64,000 nt of DNA from Kudoa neothunni (GCA_964304625.1 OZ199838.1:7611266-7675265), one strand, 5' to 3'. Counted from the stretch's first letter, positions 1 to 13,479 are shown. Made by a program: numbers and translations. Notes: generated by a model from the sequence alone, not told the origin.

Positions 1-1164
1 AATTGATTGCCACGTTGACTTCGAAAGATGGAGAAAAGTAGTCTAAACATCCAACAAGATACCAACGAAGAACTGAAGCGGAAAATATTTTTAAATGCCA
101 ACCAGGTTTCAAACCGCATGGGCTAAAACGATCGGATACCCCATTCATGGCATTTTTGAACTTTCTTGATAACGAAATCCTAGATTTGATTGTTGAATGC
201 ACCATTCGTTATATAAAAAACCATGGATCAAAATTAACTATGATTATCAAAGATGATCTAATGAAATATATTGGTGGCCGCATAATGATTGGTTTAATGA
301 AGGGTAAAAACATGGATATTCGTGAATTCTGGTCATCAAAGTTTGGTCAACCTACAATAAATCAGTCAGTCAGTCAGTCTTAGTTAATTTATTTGAAAAA
401 ATATCTTCGTGTATGCGGTTTGATAAAAGAGAATCCAGAATACAAGATGACGAATTGACCCCCCATAAGAGAAGTTTATGAACGCTTCATTGGAAATTGT
501 CGAAAAATTATACACCAAATGATCAAATGATCGTTGATGAGAAACTGGTGACATTTAGAGGGAGATGTGGTTTCAAAATGTACATTCCAACTAAACTCGG
601 ACGGTATGGTGTTAAAATATGGGCTTTGTGCGACTCAAAGAATGCCTACGTGTTCAATGCAAAGATATATCTTGGAAAAGAAAATGGCGAAATACAGTTT
701 AATTAAGGGGAAAATGTTGTGAAAACTTTATGTGAACCGATTTTTAAATCCGGTCGAAATATCACAACAGATAATTTTTTCACTACTCTTTCCCTTGCAA
801 CATTTCTACTTAACCAAAAATTGACAATTGTAGGAGCTGTTCGAAAAAATAAAACATTTTTGATACCAGGGTTTCAAATGTCGAAAGGAAATGAAGATAA
901 TAGTCAGCTCCTGTTTCAAGATAAGGTCACACTCGTCAAATACAACCCTAAGAAAAACAGAGCGGTTGTCTTGTTGTCAACATTCCACAGAGATGCGAAT
1001 ATTGCTGAAGAAAGTCAAAAACCTGAAATTATATCTTACTATAATTCTAAAAATAACGGGGTTGATACTCTTGATCACGTATTAAGATATTTTTCAGTAA
1101 AAAGAAAAACACGAAGGTGGCCAATGGCTCTTTTCTATAATTTGTTAGACATCGCTGCATATAA
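1..1164 (+). mobile_element. piggyBac transposase pseudogene fragment, identical by eye to 9355..10518
   Basis: ORF pieces carry piggyBac motifs (IVDEKLVTFRGRCGFKMYIPTK, GRNITTDNFFT, GVDTLDH, RRWPMALFYNLLDIA). The sequence matches 9355..10518 at offset 9354 and breaks abruptly after GCATATAA at 1164. Confidence 0.93.
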
Positions 1165-1544
1165 ATGTGTAGGGTAGGATTCGAAAATTGGCAATCAACT
1201 AGGAACCCATAAATTCAACAATTCGTGGATCATTAATTTCTATTACATCAAACGGTCCAAAAAATAAATCCTGAAGAATTCTTAGAATTCGAGTACAATT
1301 GACGGAAATTATCGTCAAAATTGAACTCGTTAGACTACAAGACTAAGTTTTAACAAAAATTTGAGAAATTTTCACACAAAATTATTTCTGAAATAGTGTC
1401 AAGAAAATTATCAATATCTAAGTTAATTAATGAAAAAGTTTTTGAACTAATAATAAGAAGAAAGAAGTTATATTTACAACTTTTTAAATTGTACAGCGCA
1501 AAAACCGAAGACAAATTTGCAATGAATCAAAAAATTACAAGTTT

Positions 1545-3128
1545 TTACCAATCTAATTCACCTATAGCTTTACGAAATACAACATCTATGCCGTTTAGGG
1601 TGGCAATTCCATTTTTTAGCTCAACCTTCCATTTTCCCTTTACTTTTGAAATCTAATTGATGATCATTATCAATTTATTAAAATCATATAACAGTTGAGA
1701 TATAAAATTGTGTAATAAGACACAAGAGGAGGATAACTACCCTGTCGTACTGACAAATGACAATATTTTCATGTTCAGCAGTTTCTACTTGATTATCGTC
1801 CGAAATATCATCTCCGGAGTTTAGAGGCTCCTCCTCACCTACCGGTTCTTTCGGTGTATCGTCATTCCCAATGATACCTTTTATATCGAGGCCACCAAAC
1901 TCAAGCGCACCTCCTTTAGATGTGATTGATTTAATCTGTTGTTCTATTTCATCATCGGAAACATCTTCATCGTCATCGACTTTATACGCAACATTTTCTT
2001 CGTCCTCGTCTTCATTGGACATACTAACGTCATCGTCGTCGTCTTCCTCCTCTTCTTCTTGTTCGTTTGAATGGGTTTCATTTTCGTCAAAATTATAAAA
2101 ATCATGATTCCCATCCAACTGATATTGATCAAAATCATCATCTTCATTTTCAGGTTTGTAAGTGGTCTCGGTAATGGTTGGAATGGCAACATTCTGAATC
2201 TGGGAAAAATACTTTAATTCAAAATTATATAATTTTACTCACTTACCGATGGATTAGGTATTTCGTTAGACGAAATTGTATTCAGAGTGGTGGCTGGTTT
2301 TCTCTCTAAATAAATAAAATTATTTCATATTGTTATACGGAAAAGTTATCATATCTTATATCTAGTAAATTGGGGAAGTAGAAGACATTTCACAATAATA
2401 ATAATAATTATTATTATTATTAACACAAATAAAAACTTTAATCAAAACATAAAAAAATAGATAAATTACCCATTAAAAAGTTACGATCAACAGTACTAAC
2501 CAGATTATAGTCAGCAGGGGGAGGCAATGTTCCTACTACAGGAAGTTGATGATTCATAAGTTGACGTAGCACGATGGTCGCTGTTGTTGCCGGTATGCTC
2601 TATTCAAAACACAAACAAGTAACAATATGAGAAAATCTGAACATATAAACTACGAGAAGACGTTTTTCTCCTCCACTATTATTAGCAATTACGTTTGTTT
2701 GAGGATGATCATTAATTAGGGGTCCTTTAGTCAAATGATCAACGTAAATGATGATTAACTATTGGACATACTTCTAATTTGGGATAATGGCAAATGGTGG
2801 CTGGCTAAGTCCTCATTTTTTAATAGAGTAGGCTCAGCCACCTGTGTAATTCGTTCTCGAACTCCAGCCGACATATCCACTCTCTTACGCCATATCTAAA
2901 CAAACAACGCAATAATACGTGTTTTGGAGTAGCTCGAATAACTAACTGTGGCCAATCGACGCACAGAATCCTCATCCAAATCAACTGTGGGATCATTTCT
3001 AACTTTTTCGATTACCAAATCAATTACTTTGGAGTAAAATTTATGCTTTGAGATATATACTGTTTTATCAGAAAATATAATCTTACCTGGGGTGTTTGTT
3101 CTTTAGTTTTTGGATCATTAAAAACCAT
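1545..3128 (-). CDS. GTF2A1: Transcription initiation factor IIA large subunit (alpha/beta precursor), multi-exon
   Basis: ATG at 3128. Spliced N-terminus reads MVFNDPKTKEQTPQ|HKFYSKVIDLVIEKVRNDPTVDLDEDSVRRLAT|IWRKRV. An acidic linker follows, then EEEPLNSGDDISDD...ENIVICQYDR|ISKVKGKWKVELKNGIATLNGIDVVFRKAIGELDW* (last exon 1545..1652, intron 1653..1740). These match TFIIA alpha and beta motifs. Middle exons are approximate. Confidence 0.93.
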
Positions 3129-3619
3129 CCGGCCTCAGAATATTAAAAGGGAAAGATGCGTGCGCTTTTTATTTATATAGTTCAATGACGAAATAAACAT
3201 TTATCTATCATTCCCTTTGAAGTGTGATTAACTGAAAGTAAAAAGATAATTTTATAGCCATGCTCATTTTATTTCAACATAAGTATCACAACAAATGTAT
3301 TCGATTTTTACAGTATATGAACAATCCAACTTTGACATATTTTCACTTAAGTAAGATAATCGAGAAAGTAATTCATTTTGGATAATTATTCTAAAAGTGC
3401 AATTTTTTATACACTTTTAGGTAAATTTTTGATTTATGAGTAACAATTTTAGCCATTACGTTGTTATGAGATATGTATTTTTCTTATTATGAGAATTTAT
3501 AGAAAGAAATACTTTTATATTAAAAAACGTACATACAAAATAAAACCGGATGTATGGGAAATGCTGTAATATTTAAACGACCGCTAACCGAAAATTTACG
3601 AGTTTTAAAGATATTGCTA

Positions 3620-4017
3620 ATGTCCTCGTTGGGTCTTTTGGGCCGTAAAATTTGTAGACTTCCACCTACTAATATGATCAATGGAAAACAATTTGTGAGA
3701 TTCAAATCTAGAAAGGAAAAATATCCAACATGTAATTAATATTTTTCTGCGCATTTTTTGACCTAAATTTTAGTAATGATAGATGATCTATACATTAAAT
3801 CATTTAAAGTGTAAGTTGCATTAGCTCTATTAGATGTCGAATTTTTTTAGGGGAAAATTTGTCCTGTTTTTTTCTGATTTTATCATATTATATGAAGCTT
3901 ACCTCAATTATGGTAATAAGATGTTTGTCGTCAGTCGTTTTATTTTTTGTAGAATCTTGCAAATGGGTATATAACAAAGATAGATTTGATGTTGAGGGTT
4001 TAAAAAAGTTACCATAA
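3620..4017 (+). CDS. Small four-exon protein of about 91 aa, probable mitochondrial single-pass membrane protein
   Basis: Three short GT-AG introns splice in frame to MSSLGLLGRKICRLPPTNMINGKQFVRFKSRKEKYPTLMIDDLYIKSFKVGKFVLFFSDFIILYEAYLNYESCKWVYNKDRFDVEGLKKLP*. The N-terminus is basic and acid-free, ending in VRFKS, and there is one hydrophobic segment. Confidence 0.6.
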
Positions 4018-4499
4018 CCTATAATACTTTGTTGACTTTCTTTTTATTCTTTTCTTTTTATCTTCTTCATTGAAATGTTTAAGCAGTGGCTAGTCTTATT
4101 CGAAGTGTGCCTTAAAAGTAATATCATTGATACATTTCGTTGCATGAAGTCAGGGTAAAAGTTTTGCCTTGTTTTAGTTTGTATTTGAGCTCTGTAATTT
4201 CGTCGAGTAACTTTTAGCTCAGATGTTAAGCTCAATGAGTCTACAAATTTAAAAAAATAGATCTAACATGTTGAATGCTTTGAGTATTTTTTTACGTATA
4301 AATCATATATTTGAGTTTGAGTTAACAGGGTTTTTGATTTATAAGACGCTAAGTTTCTTCAGACTTTTTGTCGTCATATCTACTTATTTTCTTAAATGAT
4401 ATTGCAAGCGTGATAGTTATATATTTAAAACTCTTCAATATATTAGAATTAAAACTTATTGTAAAAATATTGTAGATGTTGAATCTGATTGAGTTGAGC

Positions 4500-6291
4500 C
4501 AGGGGTGTACAGACCGCGGGCCTAATCCTGCCCTCAATGAGCTTTTTTGTGACCAACGATGAACCCTTATTAACTTCAGATTAATGGTGTACTTTTTAAT
4601 GAAGCTACTAAACAGATTTATTGGAGTTTTTTGTTTTGTGCTAGGGGTGGCCCGGCTTGCCCAGATCGGGAGCCAACTTTATGGTTGACCAGATTTTCAA
4701 GAGCCACAAGGCTTTAAAATCATCTATGTATCTTTTCCTTATTTAAAACTTACATTATTGGAGTATTTTTGGTAAATCTTAAAATAAAATGTTGTAGAAT
4801 TATAAATATAGGTTTTTTAATTTTTTCTTATTCAGCGAATCGCTGAAAAACTTACATATAATTTTTAAAGGCATAATTTATGATGGTTTTTCCAACAAAG
4901 TAAATTTGTATTTATGATCCAAGAAGCTTTTTTCTATGAAAATGGTCGCAAAAATAAAATATTTTTCGTATCTAATCATGTATGATAGTCCGACAACAAA
5001 TAAAATTAAAAATTCCCGAATAAAATAATAACAAGGATTTAATGCTTTCGAAATATTTTTTTTAGAAATTGTCTCAGGTTTTTTATGTTTCGACATTATC
5101 AGTGAGCTGGCAGTAATCCGTTTCGTATGATGTTAACATTGTTCAAATTAGTTCCGACAGGTGTTCGTTTGTGAGAAAGGGATCCGCGATGCCTCTATTT
5201 TACAAACTTCATCGTTGAATAAATAGACTCACAACAATAAGTTGTTCCAAAGATAAAAAACAAATTTGAGACAAATTTCTTTTCATTGTGAATATTTAGT
5301 TTCTAGAACGTATTTTCTAGTTTATGATTAAAGATTTCATTTCCTCACTTGATTAAACAGTTTAAACTTCGTACTTTTCTGAATTAATATGCTGATTCAA
5401 TTAAAAAAATTCAACTAAAAACTTTTTTTCAAGAGCCACATGTAATTCATGAGCCATGGTTTGGTCATCCCTGTTATATGCGAACCATTAAGAACGAAAC
5501 ATCAAAAAAACTCTCTGAATAGGCAAAAAGATTTATCGCTATTAACCATTTCACCATGTGATATAGAAAAAACGTTTTTTAATCGATGTTCATGTACCAA
5601 TTTTAATTATTTATTCTTGAGTGTGTATGGACGAGAAGAAAATCATGCAGGTACTGGGCAGATTTATACTTTAAAAATTTTCTTGACAATGCTGATCCGA
5701 AGTTTCAGTTCAGTTAAAATAGGATTAATAATTAAGTACGTTTTATAAACGATGCGAAATAATAAGGTGTTTATATTATGCGTAAAAATCAAAGTTTTCA
5801 AAAGGTCTTTATAAGAAAAATAAATAAAACGTAAAAAAATTGGCGCGAAAGATAAACATCCGTTAGAGCTGATAATGAGCACATATTAATGGAACATTTA
5901 AACTGCATTTCACATATGGGCATACAACCATTTTGCTCACCCAAGGTATACCTCATATTTATTTCAGCTTATTTTTATTTTATTTCCAAGCTAAAATGAC
6001 TGAGATTCGAAAAAAAAATTTATGATGAGAATAGAAAACTTAATGACGCCTGGACACAAAAATATTTTTTTATTCGGCAGGGGCCAAATATTATTTGTTT
6101 GCTATATCATTGGTTATTCAATTTAAAACATTTTGTAAACTTATTATTTATGAATTATTTTAATATTGCGTTTCAAAATTTTTAAATTTATTTAAATTGT
6201 GAGTTATAACTTTAGTCTTAAAAATGTTAGTCCCTGGAAGTTTTCGAAAGTTAAAATTTGGCCTGAGGCTCCGAAAGTTTGTGAATTATTG
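4500..6291 (+). mobile_element. Internally deleted hAT (SPIN/GTF2IRD2-like) remnant
   Basis: Starts CAGGGGTGTACAGACCGCGGGCC, a hAT-type end. Near 6020-6110 it encodes DENRKLNDAWTQKYFFIRQGPNIICLL, typical of a SPIN-type transposase N-terminus. The right end and TSD are degenerate. Confidence 0.55.
4642..5473. mobile_element. hAT-type MITE nested in the previous remnant
   Basis: Ends TAGGGGTGGCC...GGTCATCCCTG, repeated subterminal TTTTCAAGAGCCACA, imperfect 8-bp flanks TTTTGTGC / TTATATGC. Confidence 0.55.
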
Positions 6292-6484
6292 AGTTAGTTA
6301 AGCAGAACCACCAGTCTATTACTATTAATTCATTCTTAGCACAGCCGTATTGATGTAACGCTGTCGTAAAATTTACTAAACTCCGGATCCTAAATATATG
6401 ATCATTTATAAAACGAAGTCATCGCATATTATTGGTGTTAATAGCTATACTTGGATCCATACAAATAGAGCATTATACAATTAA

Positions 6485-8781
6485 CCCTTTCAACCCGAAA
6501 AAAAATTAAAATTGAGAAAAAATATTTCCCATTATATATCATTTCCAGATACAAACTTAAGAAGGAATACATTATCTTTTATTTAAAAAGTGTTATAAAT
6601 AATTACATGATGCCATATGGCATCATTCGGCGCCTCAAATTGTAAGATTGTCACCACGCATGCGTTTATATTAAGCGAATATAAAAACCACTGATTTTAT
6701 CAAAATAACTTAAAATTTATATTTTAAACAACGAATATGTATTAAGTATGGTATGAAAAAAAAACAATTTCTGCTAATATTGATATTGAGACAGATGCAA
6801 GTTACATTTAATGCAAAAGGTGCTGCGATACATGCCACATAATTTGCACCTTTTTTTTTGTTTGATCCTTGTCTGGAAAATGAAATTATCTGTGAAAATG
6901 AGCGTTAGAGGTTATTCCATTCTCAATAGTTTTATACCTTCTAGCGCCTAAGATTGGAGTACACAAAATCTTAGTTGAAGCAGACGGTCGACCTCTCTTT
7001 AGGATTAAGCTGATATTTTGACCGAAAAAAGCAAGTCTTCACTTACTTCGATGCAAAACTCTTGTAAATCCACCATTTGTTTGGTTTTTACATCGAGCAA
7101 GTTACATTGCCCGCGGTAGAGAAGCCATCCATTTAGAAGGCACAGATTTAAATACCAAAAAAATCTTCGGTTATACCATTTGCATGATTTGTGGTCCAAA
7201 CGATACAAGACCATTAGCATGTCAAATAAATCAACACCACCCACTTGTTTATTGTACATTTTGACCATGTGGGGGTAGGTTATTGTTATCATATTCTTTG
7301 CTTTTTTGTCGAATCTAGGTATAGAGGAAACGCAGAGTCATGGGTTGACGATATATTAACAATAGACCCGTCAAGCCACCTTAAAACGTTAATTTTTGTC
7401 CCATTCAAATGGTAGATTCCAAACTCGAAACTTCCTCGCTCTAACTTTTTCATATGTTTGTCATCCTTGAAGGGACATTTATCCATGCGATTTTTTCTGA
7501 TGGTGGAGGTTGAAAAGTAACTGCGTGTTAACAATTTATCATGTAGACTAAAACTTGAGAAATAATTATCAAAATATATATGGTAAGTTTTATCGGGTAG
7601 TGTCTCTCAGAGCTTCATCACGACATCAGATGATTTGCTCCCGGCGCTTGTTTGGGGAGTAATTGAAGGCTCATCGTCAAAAAAGAAATCATGGATTATT
7701 CCACCTGCGCTGTTTCTTGTGTAAACTTTGAAACCACATTTCGTATGTTTTGATGGAAAGTAACGTTTTAAATTTAATTTATTTTTCAATGGAATCATCT
7801 ATTCTTCAATCGACTGGTTGTACTCAGGTTCGACTTCCAAACGTGTTCGTCTCATTATATTAAGGACGGGCTTTATTTTATATCTATTGTATCCAGAATG
7901 GTCCGGTGATGGTATGGCGTTGTTGTTTTCACAAAAATGAAGATATCGTAGCAGTAGCCCTAACCTATCTCTGGTCATTCGCTCGGCTATAGTATTGTAG
8001 CTCAGCTTTTTCGACCAATAATTTTTGTACCTTGGCATTTTTACAATTGACATACGTATGAAAATCTCGATGAGTAAACGAATTTCTTCAACCGTTGTTT
8101 TAAATGTTGAACTTAAAACAGAAGAAAATTTATTTGTTTCATCAGTTATCAACTCAAATAGCTCATCAGTAATGAACCGATTAAAATAAGAATATGGATC
8201 CATAATGGTATTGTCAATATCTTTAAACGATAATTCAGATTCACCTAATTATGGCATTTCGATGAACTCATTAAAAATCCATCTTGTCTTTGAGACAGTC
8301 TCTTCTGAGTTACTTTCGTTTTCAGACAAGGAGCAGTCACTCGAAGAAATATTGTTTTCATCATTATCAGATTGATTTTCGGCATCAGACTTGTCAGGGT
8401 CTGGAAACAGCATCAATTGTTTTACTACTCTACCTGATTTTGTTTTTTTCACGACAAAATTGGCATCCATCACCAATCTTCACCAGATATCGTATGCGTT
8501 TCGAATCTGCTATACACCATTATTTTTAAAATAAAAAAAATAGATTCGTTATTTCCGTAAATATTGATACAATAATCCATTATTTGTTAACGTCGTTCAC
8601 GCATTTTGTTTCCTATTTTGTAATAAATAAACAACAGATAATTCTAAATTTTTAAATTTATTTCATAAAGCATGTGTTATATTTTTATACAACGATAGAT
8701 TGAAACTATACATACAAAAATGGAATAGATATTCCGACATCAATCCCATGATGTCATATGGCATCATTCGGGTCGAAAGGG
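6485..8781 (-). mobile_element. Full-length degenerate piggyBac element (PGBD2/3-like transposase pseudogene)
   Basis: TTAA on both sides (6481-6484, 8782-8785) and TIR CCCTTTCRACCCGAA. Fragmented ORFs contain YNKQVGGVDLFDM, a DNYFS motif and a C-terminal Cys-rich remnant. Confidence 0.93.
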
Positions 8782-8821
8782 TTAATATTGAAATGACAAA
8801 ACTATCAAATATTTTTATTAA

Positions 8822-10892
8822 CCCTCGTACACACATTGAGGGTCAAAAATGGGCCCAGCCTCTTTTATCAGCGATTTTCTTAAAATCTCTCTTACAGAAT
8901 TTTAAGTAATTTTTCCTAATTTATGTTATTATTTTATCAATTTAAAATATTTACTGAAATAAAAATAAAATTAATTTTAAACACTATTAAATCATCGCAA
9001 CATTATAACTTCCGTTCCCCACATTGGGGGTCATTTTTGACCACCACTCTTTATTGGAAAATCTATGATAATTACTCTCTTAATTCTATGTATAATACCA
9101 AATAAAACTATTAAATATTCATTTAATTTAAAGAATACATCAAATAATTTTGAAGAAGAGAAAAATCTGAGTTTTTAGTGCGTCACGTGATCACAAAGAT
9201 TCAAAATCAGCTGAACTTTAGTCTGTTTTTGAGATGGAAAGAGACGAACATGAAATTATATTGGATGACACTGATTCTAAGTTTAGCGACTATTTAACAG
9301 ACAATCCTACACCAGATTATGATGATTCGGATGATGGAGCAGAATTTGGCACTGAATTGATTGCCACGTTGACTTCGAAAGATGGAGAAAAGTAGTCTAA
9401 ACATCCAACAAGATACCAACGAAGAACTGAAGCGGAAAATATTTTTAAATGCCAACCAGGTTTCAAACCGCATGGGCTAAAACGATCGGATACCCCATTC
9501 ATGGCATTTTTGAACTTTCTTGATAACGAAATCCTAGATTTGATTGTTGAATGCACCATTCGTTATATAAAAAACCATGGATCAAAATTAACTATGATTA
9601 TCAAAGATGATCTAATGAAATATATTGGTGGCCGCATAATGATTGGTTTAATGAAGGGTAAAAACATGGATATTCGTGAATTCTGGTCATCAAAGTTTGG
9701 TCAACCTACAATAAATCAGTCAGTCAGTCAGTCTTAGTTAATTTATTTGAAAAAATATCTTCGTGTATGCGGTTTGATAAAAGAGAATCCAGAATACAAG
9801 ATGACGAATTGACCCCCCATAAGAGAAGTTTATGAACGCTTCATTGGAAATTGTCGAAAAATTATACACCAAATGATCAAATGATCGTTGATGAGAAACT
9901 GGTGACATTTAGAGGGAGATGTGGTTTCAAAATGTACATTCCAACTAAACTCGGACGGTATGGTGTTAAAATATGGGCTTTGTGCGACTCAAAGAATGCC
10001 TACGTGTTCAATGCAAAGATATATCTTGGAAAAGAAAATGGCGAAATACAGTTTAATTAAGGGGAAAATGTTGTGAAAACTTTATGTGAACCGATTTTTA
10101 AATCCGGTCGAAATATCACAACAGATAATTTTTTCACTACTCTTTCCCTTGCAACATTTCTACTTAACCAAAAATTGACAATTGTAGGAGCTGTTCGAAA
10201 AAATAAAACATTTTTGATACCAGGGTTTCAAATGTCGAAAGGAAATGAAGATAATAGTCAGCTCCTGTTTCAAGATAAGGTCACACTCGTCAAATACAAC
10301 CCTAAGAAAAACAGAGCGGTTGTCTTGTTGTCAACATTCCACAGAGATGCGAATATTGCTGAAGAAAGTCAAAAACCTGAAATTATATCTTACTATAATT
10401 CTAAAAATAACGGGGTTGATACTCTTGATCACGTATTAAGATATTTTTCAGTAAAAAGAAAAACACGAAGGTGGCCAATGGCTCTTTTCTATAATTTGTT
10501 AGACATCGCTGCATATAATGCCTACTTGTTGTATTGCCAGAAGAGAATTTCTGAAAATACTCGCAGACGAGCTTTTACAATCTAAAAGTCCGGAAACCGG
10601 CATTCTATCTTTAAAAGGGCCTAAAATCTTACAGAGCAACGCTAGAAAGTGGTGCTAAATCTGTATTCGTTCGAGGGGATTGAAGACATCAGCGCAATGC
10701 AAATTATGCAATAAAATGGCGTGAAAACTTCATAATAAAGTAGAAATCGTTTGCATTGAATGTTTAAACTCAAACGATATCAATTAGAATTTTTTGAATT
10801 TTAAAACGTTTTCATATGTTGATTTTTTATTGGTGGTCCAAAATGACCTCCATTTGGGGTTAACGTAAGTTTTTTGTGCATGTGTACGAGAG
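8822..10892 (+). mobile_element. Full-length degenerate piggyBac element (PGBD4-like transposase pseudogene)
   Basis: TTAA at 8818-8821 and 10893-10896, TIR CYCTCGTACACA, subterminal GGTCA..TGACC motifs. The transposase is broken by stops and frameshifts. Confidence 0.93.
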
Positions 10893-12096
10893 TTAAGTTA
10901 AGTTCAGTTCAGTCAAGCTCATATCGTAAACACGCGCATAGGGTTAAAATCAAAATTTTTCTTTTACGATAACCAAATATCTTTGAATATTGCAACTCCA
11001 CACTTTATGTTTTGGGGGGTATTGTGAAAAATCTTACGTTTTTTACAATAATTTTGTATTACAACATAAGGGATGATTACAATAAAATTAAAACTAGTAC
11101 AATAAAAACTTTAATTACATAGATAATTACAAGTTAAATTAGAACTAAAAATGTTCATTTGAATTAATAAATCATCAACTCAATAAAAAGACTTTGTGCA
11201 AGCCATATTACATTATGCGAAATATTTTTATCCGATACGCTCCGACAACAAATTAAGTAAACAATTTCAAGTGGTTTTATATTGGACAACACAGATTTCC
11301 TACAATAAAAAGCTCAAAAATTAAATAAACAAAATTGCTCGGGTCAATGGACACTTTCTTTTTTTAAACATGCTACGAAATAATAATATGCCATGGACAT
11401 TATTGGCAAAAATCTATGGAAATACTATTTCCTAAAAGATTTAACTCATGAAAAGTAATAAAGTAAATACGTAGGAAACAAAAAGTTATGTGTTTGTTCG
11501 GCCTGTTATTTCGAATAATAGTAATAACATATTAAACTTCATATTAATCGATAAAATTTTAATATTTCGATATTTTTATCAACTACCGAGTTTTTAATCT
11601 ATCTGTGAAAGGAGTTATCACGAAAATCCAGAAAAAATAAACTAATGAGTCAGGAGTAATATTGAGCTATCATGTCAACAGCAATGTGTGAGACCATAAT
11701 ATTAAGCCAAACACAGAAATAAAAAAGCTTGGAAGCCACTTTTTTAATCGCATAGTCTTACTTGATCTCAATAAAAGTCATCACTCCCAAAGCATTGGAT
11801 TAAATTATCATCAAATTAATTAGCAGCTTATTTCAATCGTGTGTGTTCACAAAAATTACATAAATCGGATTAGATGACAAAAAAATTCACAGCCGCATAA
11901 CAAGGATAAGATTTAATTTATATTACTTGGAATGGGATTAAAATTTATAATAAATTAAATAACATAAAAACGAAGAAAATTCCAACAAATACAAAATACA
12001 TAACGACAAATACAGACTGCTCAAACAAGTTGTCACTATTTTAAAAAATATGTGAAACAAACACTGATAATATAACGAATGTTGAACTATATCATA

Positions 12097-12798
12097 TCAA
12101 GCTAAAGAATTCAAACCGTCCATTTCAGCTTCGATTGTATGAAGTTCCTGTTGGACAGATTCAATTTGTTTGTTGATTTTGGACTCTGAAGCTTTGATAC
12201 TGACGGCTTTACGTTGGAAGTTCTCCCGTTCCACCGAGATTCGAAGAATTTCACCATCAAGTTCTCTTATTTTAGCAAGCATATCCTCTTCACTAAAGTC
12301 GAAATTGGATGAATGATCAGCTTCTTGAATAGTTTTATTCATTCCGTCTAATTGAACACTAATAGTGTCCCTTTTGCTTCTTAATGCATCCACTCGACTT
12401 TCAGATTTCGCAATATTGGATAGCAACACCTTTTTCTTCGATTCAAGTTGTTTAACTTGGGAGTCCAACTCATAGATGGCTTCTTTAGAGAGTTTTGCTT
12501 CGTCGAAAAGTTCCTGGCGTTGATCATCGACATCTTGTAATTCGGAATTAGCCACAACTGCCGCATTCTTGTTCTCTTGGAGACCACCAAAACGATTTTG
12601 TACACCCTCCAATAATCTCCTTACTTTTTCCAATTCCATTTGTTTAAGTTTCAATCTGCGTTGAGCTTCTCCAAGTTCTTGAGCTAGTGCATAACTTTCC
12701 TCTCTCATTTGTTGGATTGTTTCATGAAGCTCTGTTTGTCTTCGTTCTGCGTTTTCAGTTTCTTCTTTTATTTGAACTAATTTAGCTGCCAAACTCAT
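12097..12798 (-). CDS. Tropomyosin-like coiled-coil protein, 233 aa, intronless
   Basis: Uninterrupted ORF from the ATG at 12798 (MSLAAKLVQIKEETENAERR), proline-free heptad pattern over the full length, tropomyosin-like size and C-terminus (HTIEAEMDGLNSLA). Confidence 0.75.
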   Translation of the reverse strand: MSLAAKLVQIKEETENAERRQTELHETIQQMREESYALAQELGEAQRRLKLKQMELEKVRRLLEGVQNRFGGLQENKNAAVVANSELQDVDDQRQELFDEAKLSKEAIYELDSQVKQLESKKKVLLSNIAKSESRVDALRSKRDTISVQLDGMNKTIQEADHSSNFDFSEEDMLAKIRELDGEILRISVERENFQRKAVSIKASESKINKQIESVQQELHTIEAEMDGLNSLA

Positions 12799-13479
12799 CT
12801 TGAAATTGTTGGGAAACAACAACAGCAAATATCTTATCCAAAGCCGAAGTGCTTAATAGCTTTATCCGATAGTTATCCACATACGACAGATATTAATAGT
12901 GTTAACTATGCGTGTCACGCCCATTCAATCAGTTGATAATAATTTTATTAATAATTTATGTAGAAAACGTATGTCAACGTTTTTTGGCGATTCAGTTATT
13001 TCGTTATACGTCTAATTTAATGTTTGGTGTTATAAACAAAAGAGGAGATTGTGTTAATAGCGTTGTTAATAGTGTGATCTTGACAAAAGCACCTTATTGA
13101 TACAGAGCTTTACTTTTTTTTATTTTTATAGTGCGTAATTATTAAAAATTTGTATTTTTTAAATTTGAAATTATTTAACGGTCTAAGTGATCTCAAAATG
13201 AACTGCAGTTAAAACATTATGCCTCTGCCTCACACTGACAACAATTTAAATCTTATATTGATTGATTAGTTCACAGCCGGTTAAATGTTATTGTTTATAA
13301 TTTATGATTGCCCAACCATAATAATCATGAATTAAAAATAATAAATCTATTATAAAATAAGCTAAATAAAATATACACTAATTAATCACTAACTTATGTC
13401 AGGAATATTACAGCGCATAATAACTACGCAATCTAATCGCCCTAGGATAATTTAAGTAATAGAAATTGACACGTAGATC

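Noticed and set aside
1871-2098. Ser-rich ORF on the plus strand
   Set aside because: Antisense shadow of the Asp/Glu-rich TFIIA linker.
4020-4420. Possible minus-strand exons (ORF 4044..4235)
   Set aside because: I could not assemble a consistent spliced frame or recognise a motif.
12799-12828. Upstream TTG start of the tropomyosin-like ORF
   Set aside because: In a eukaryotic context the ATG at 12798 is the plausible start.
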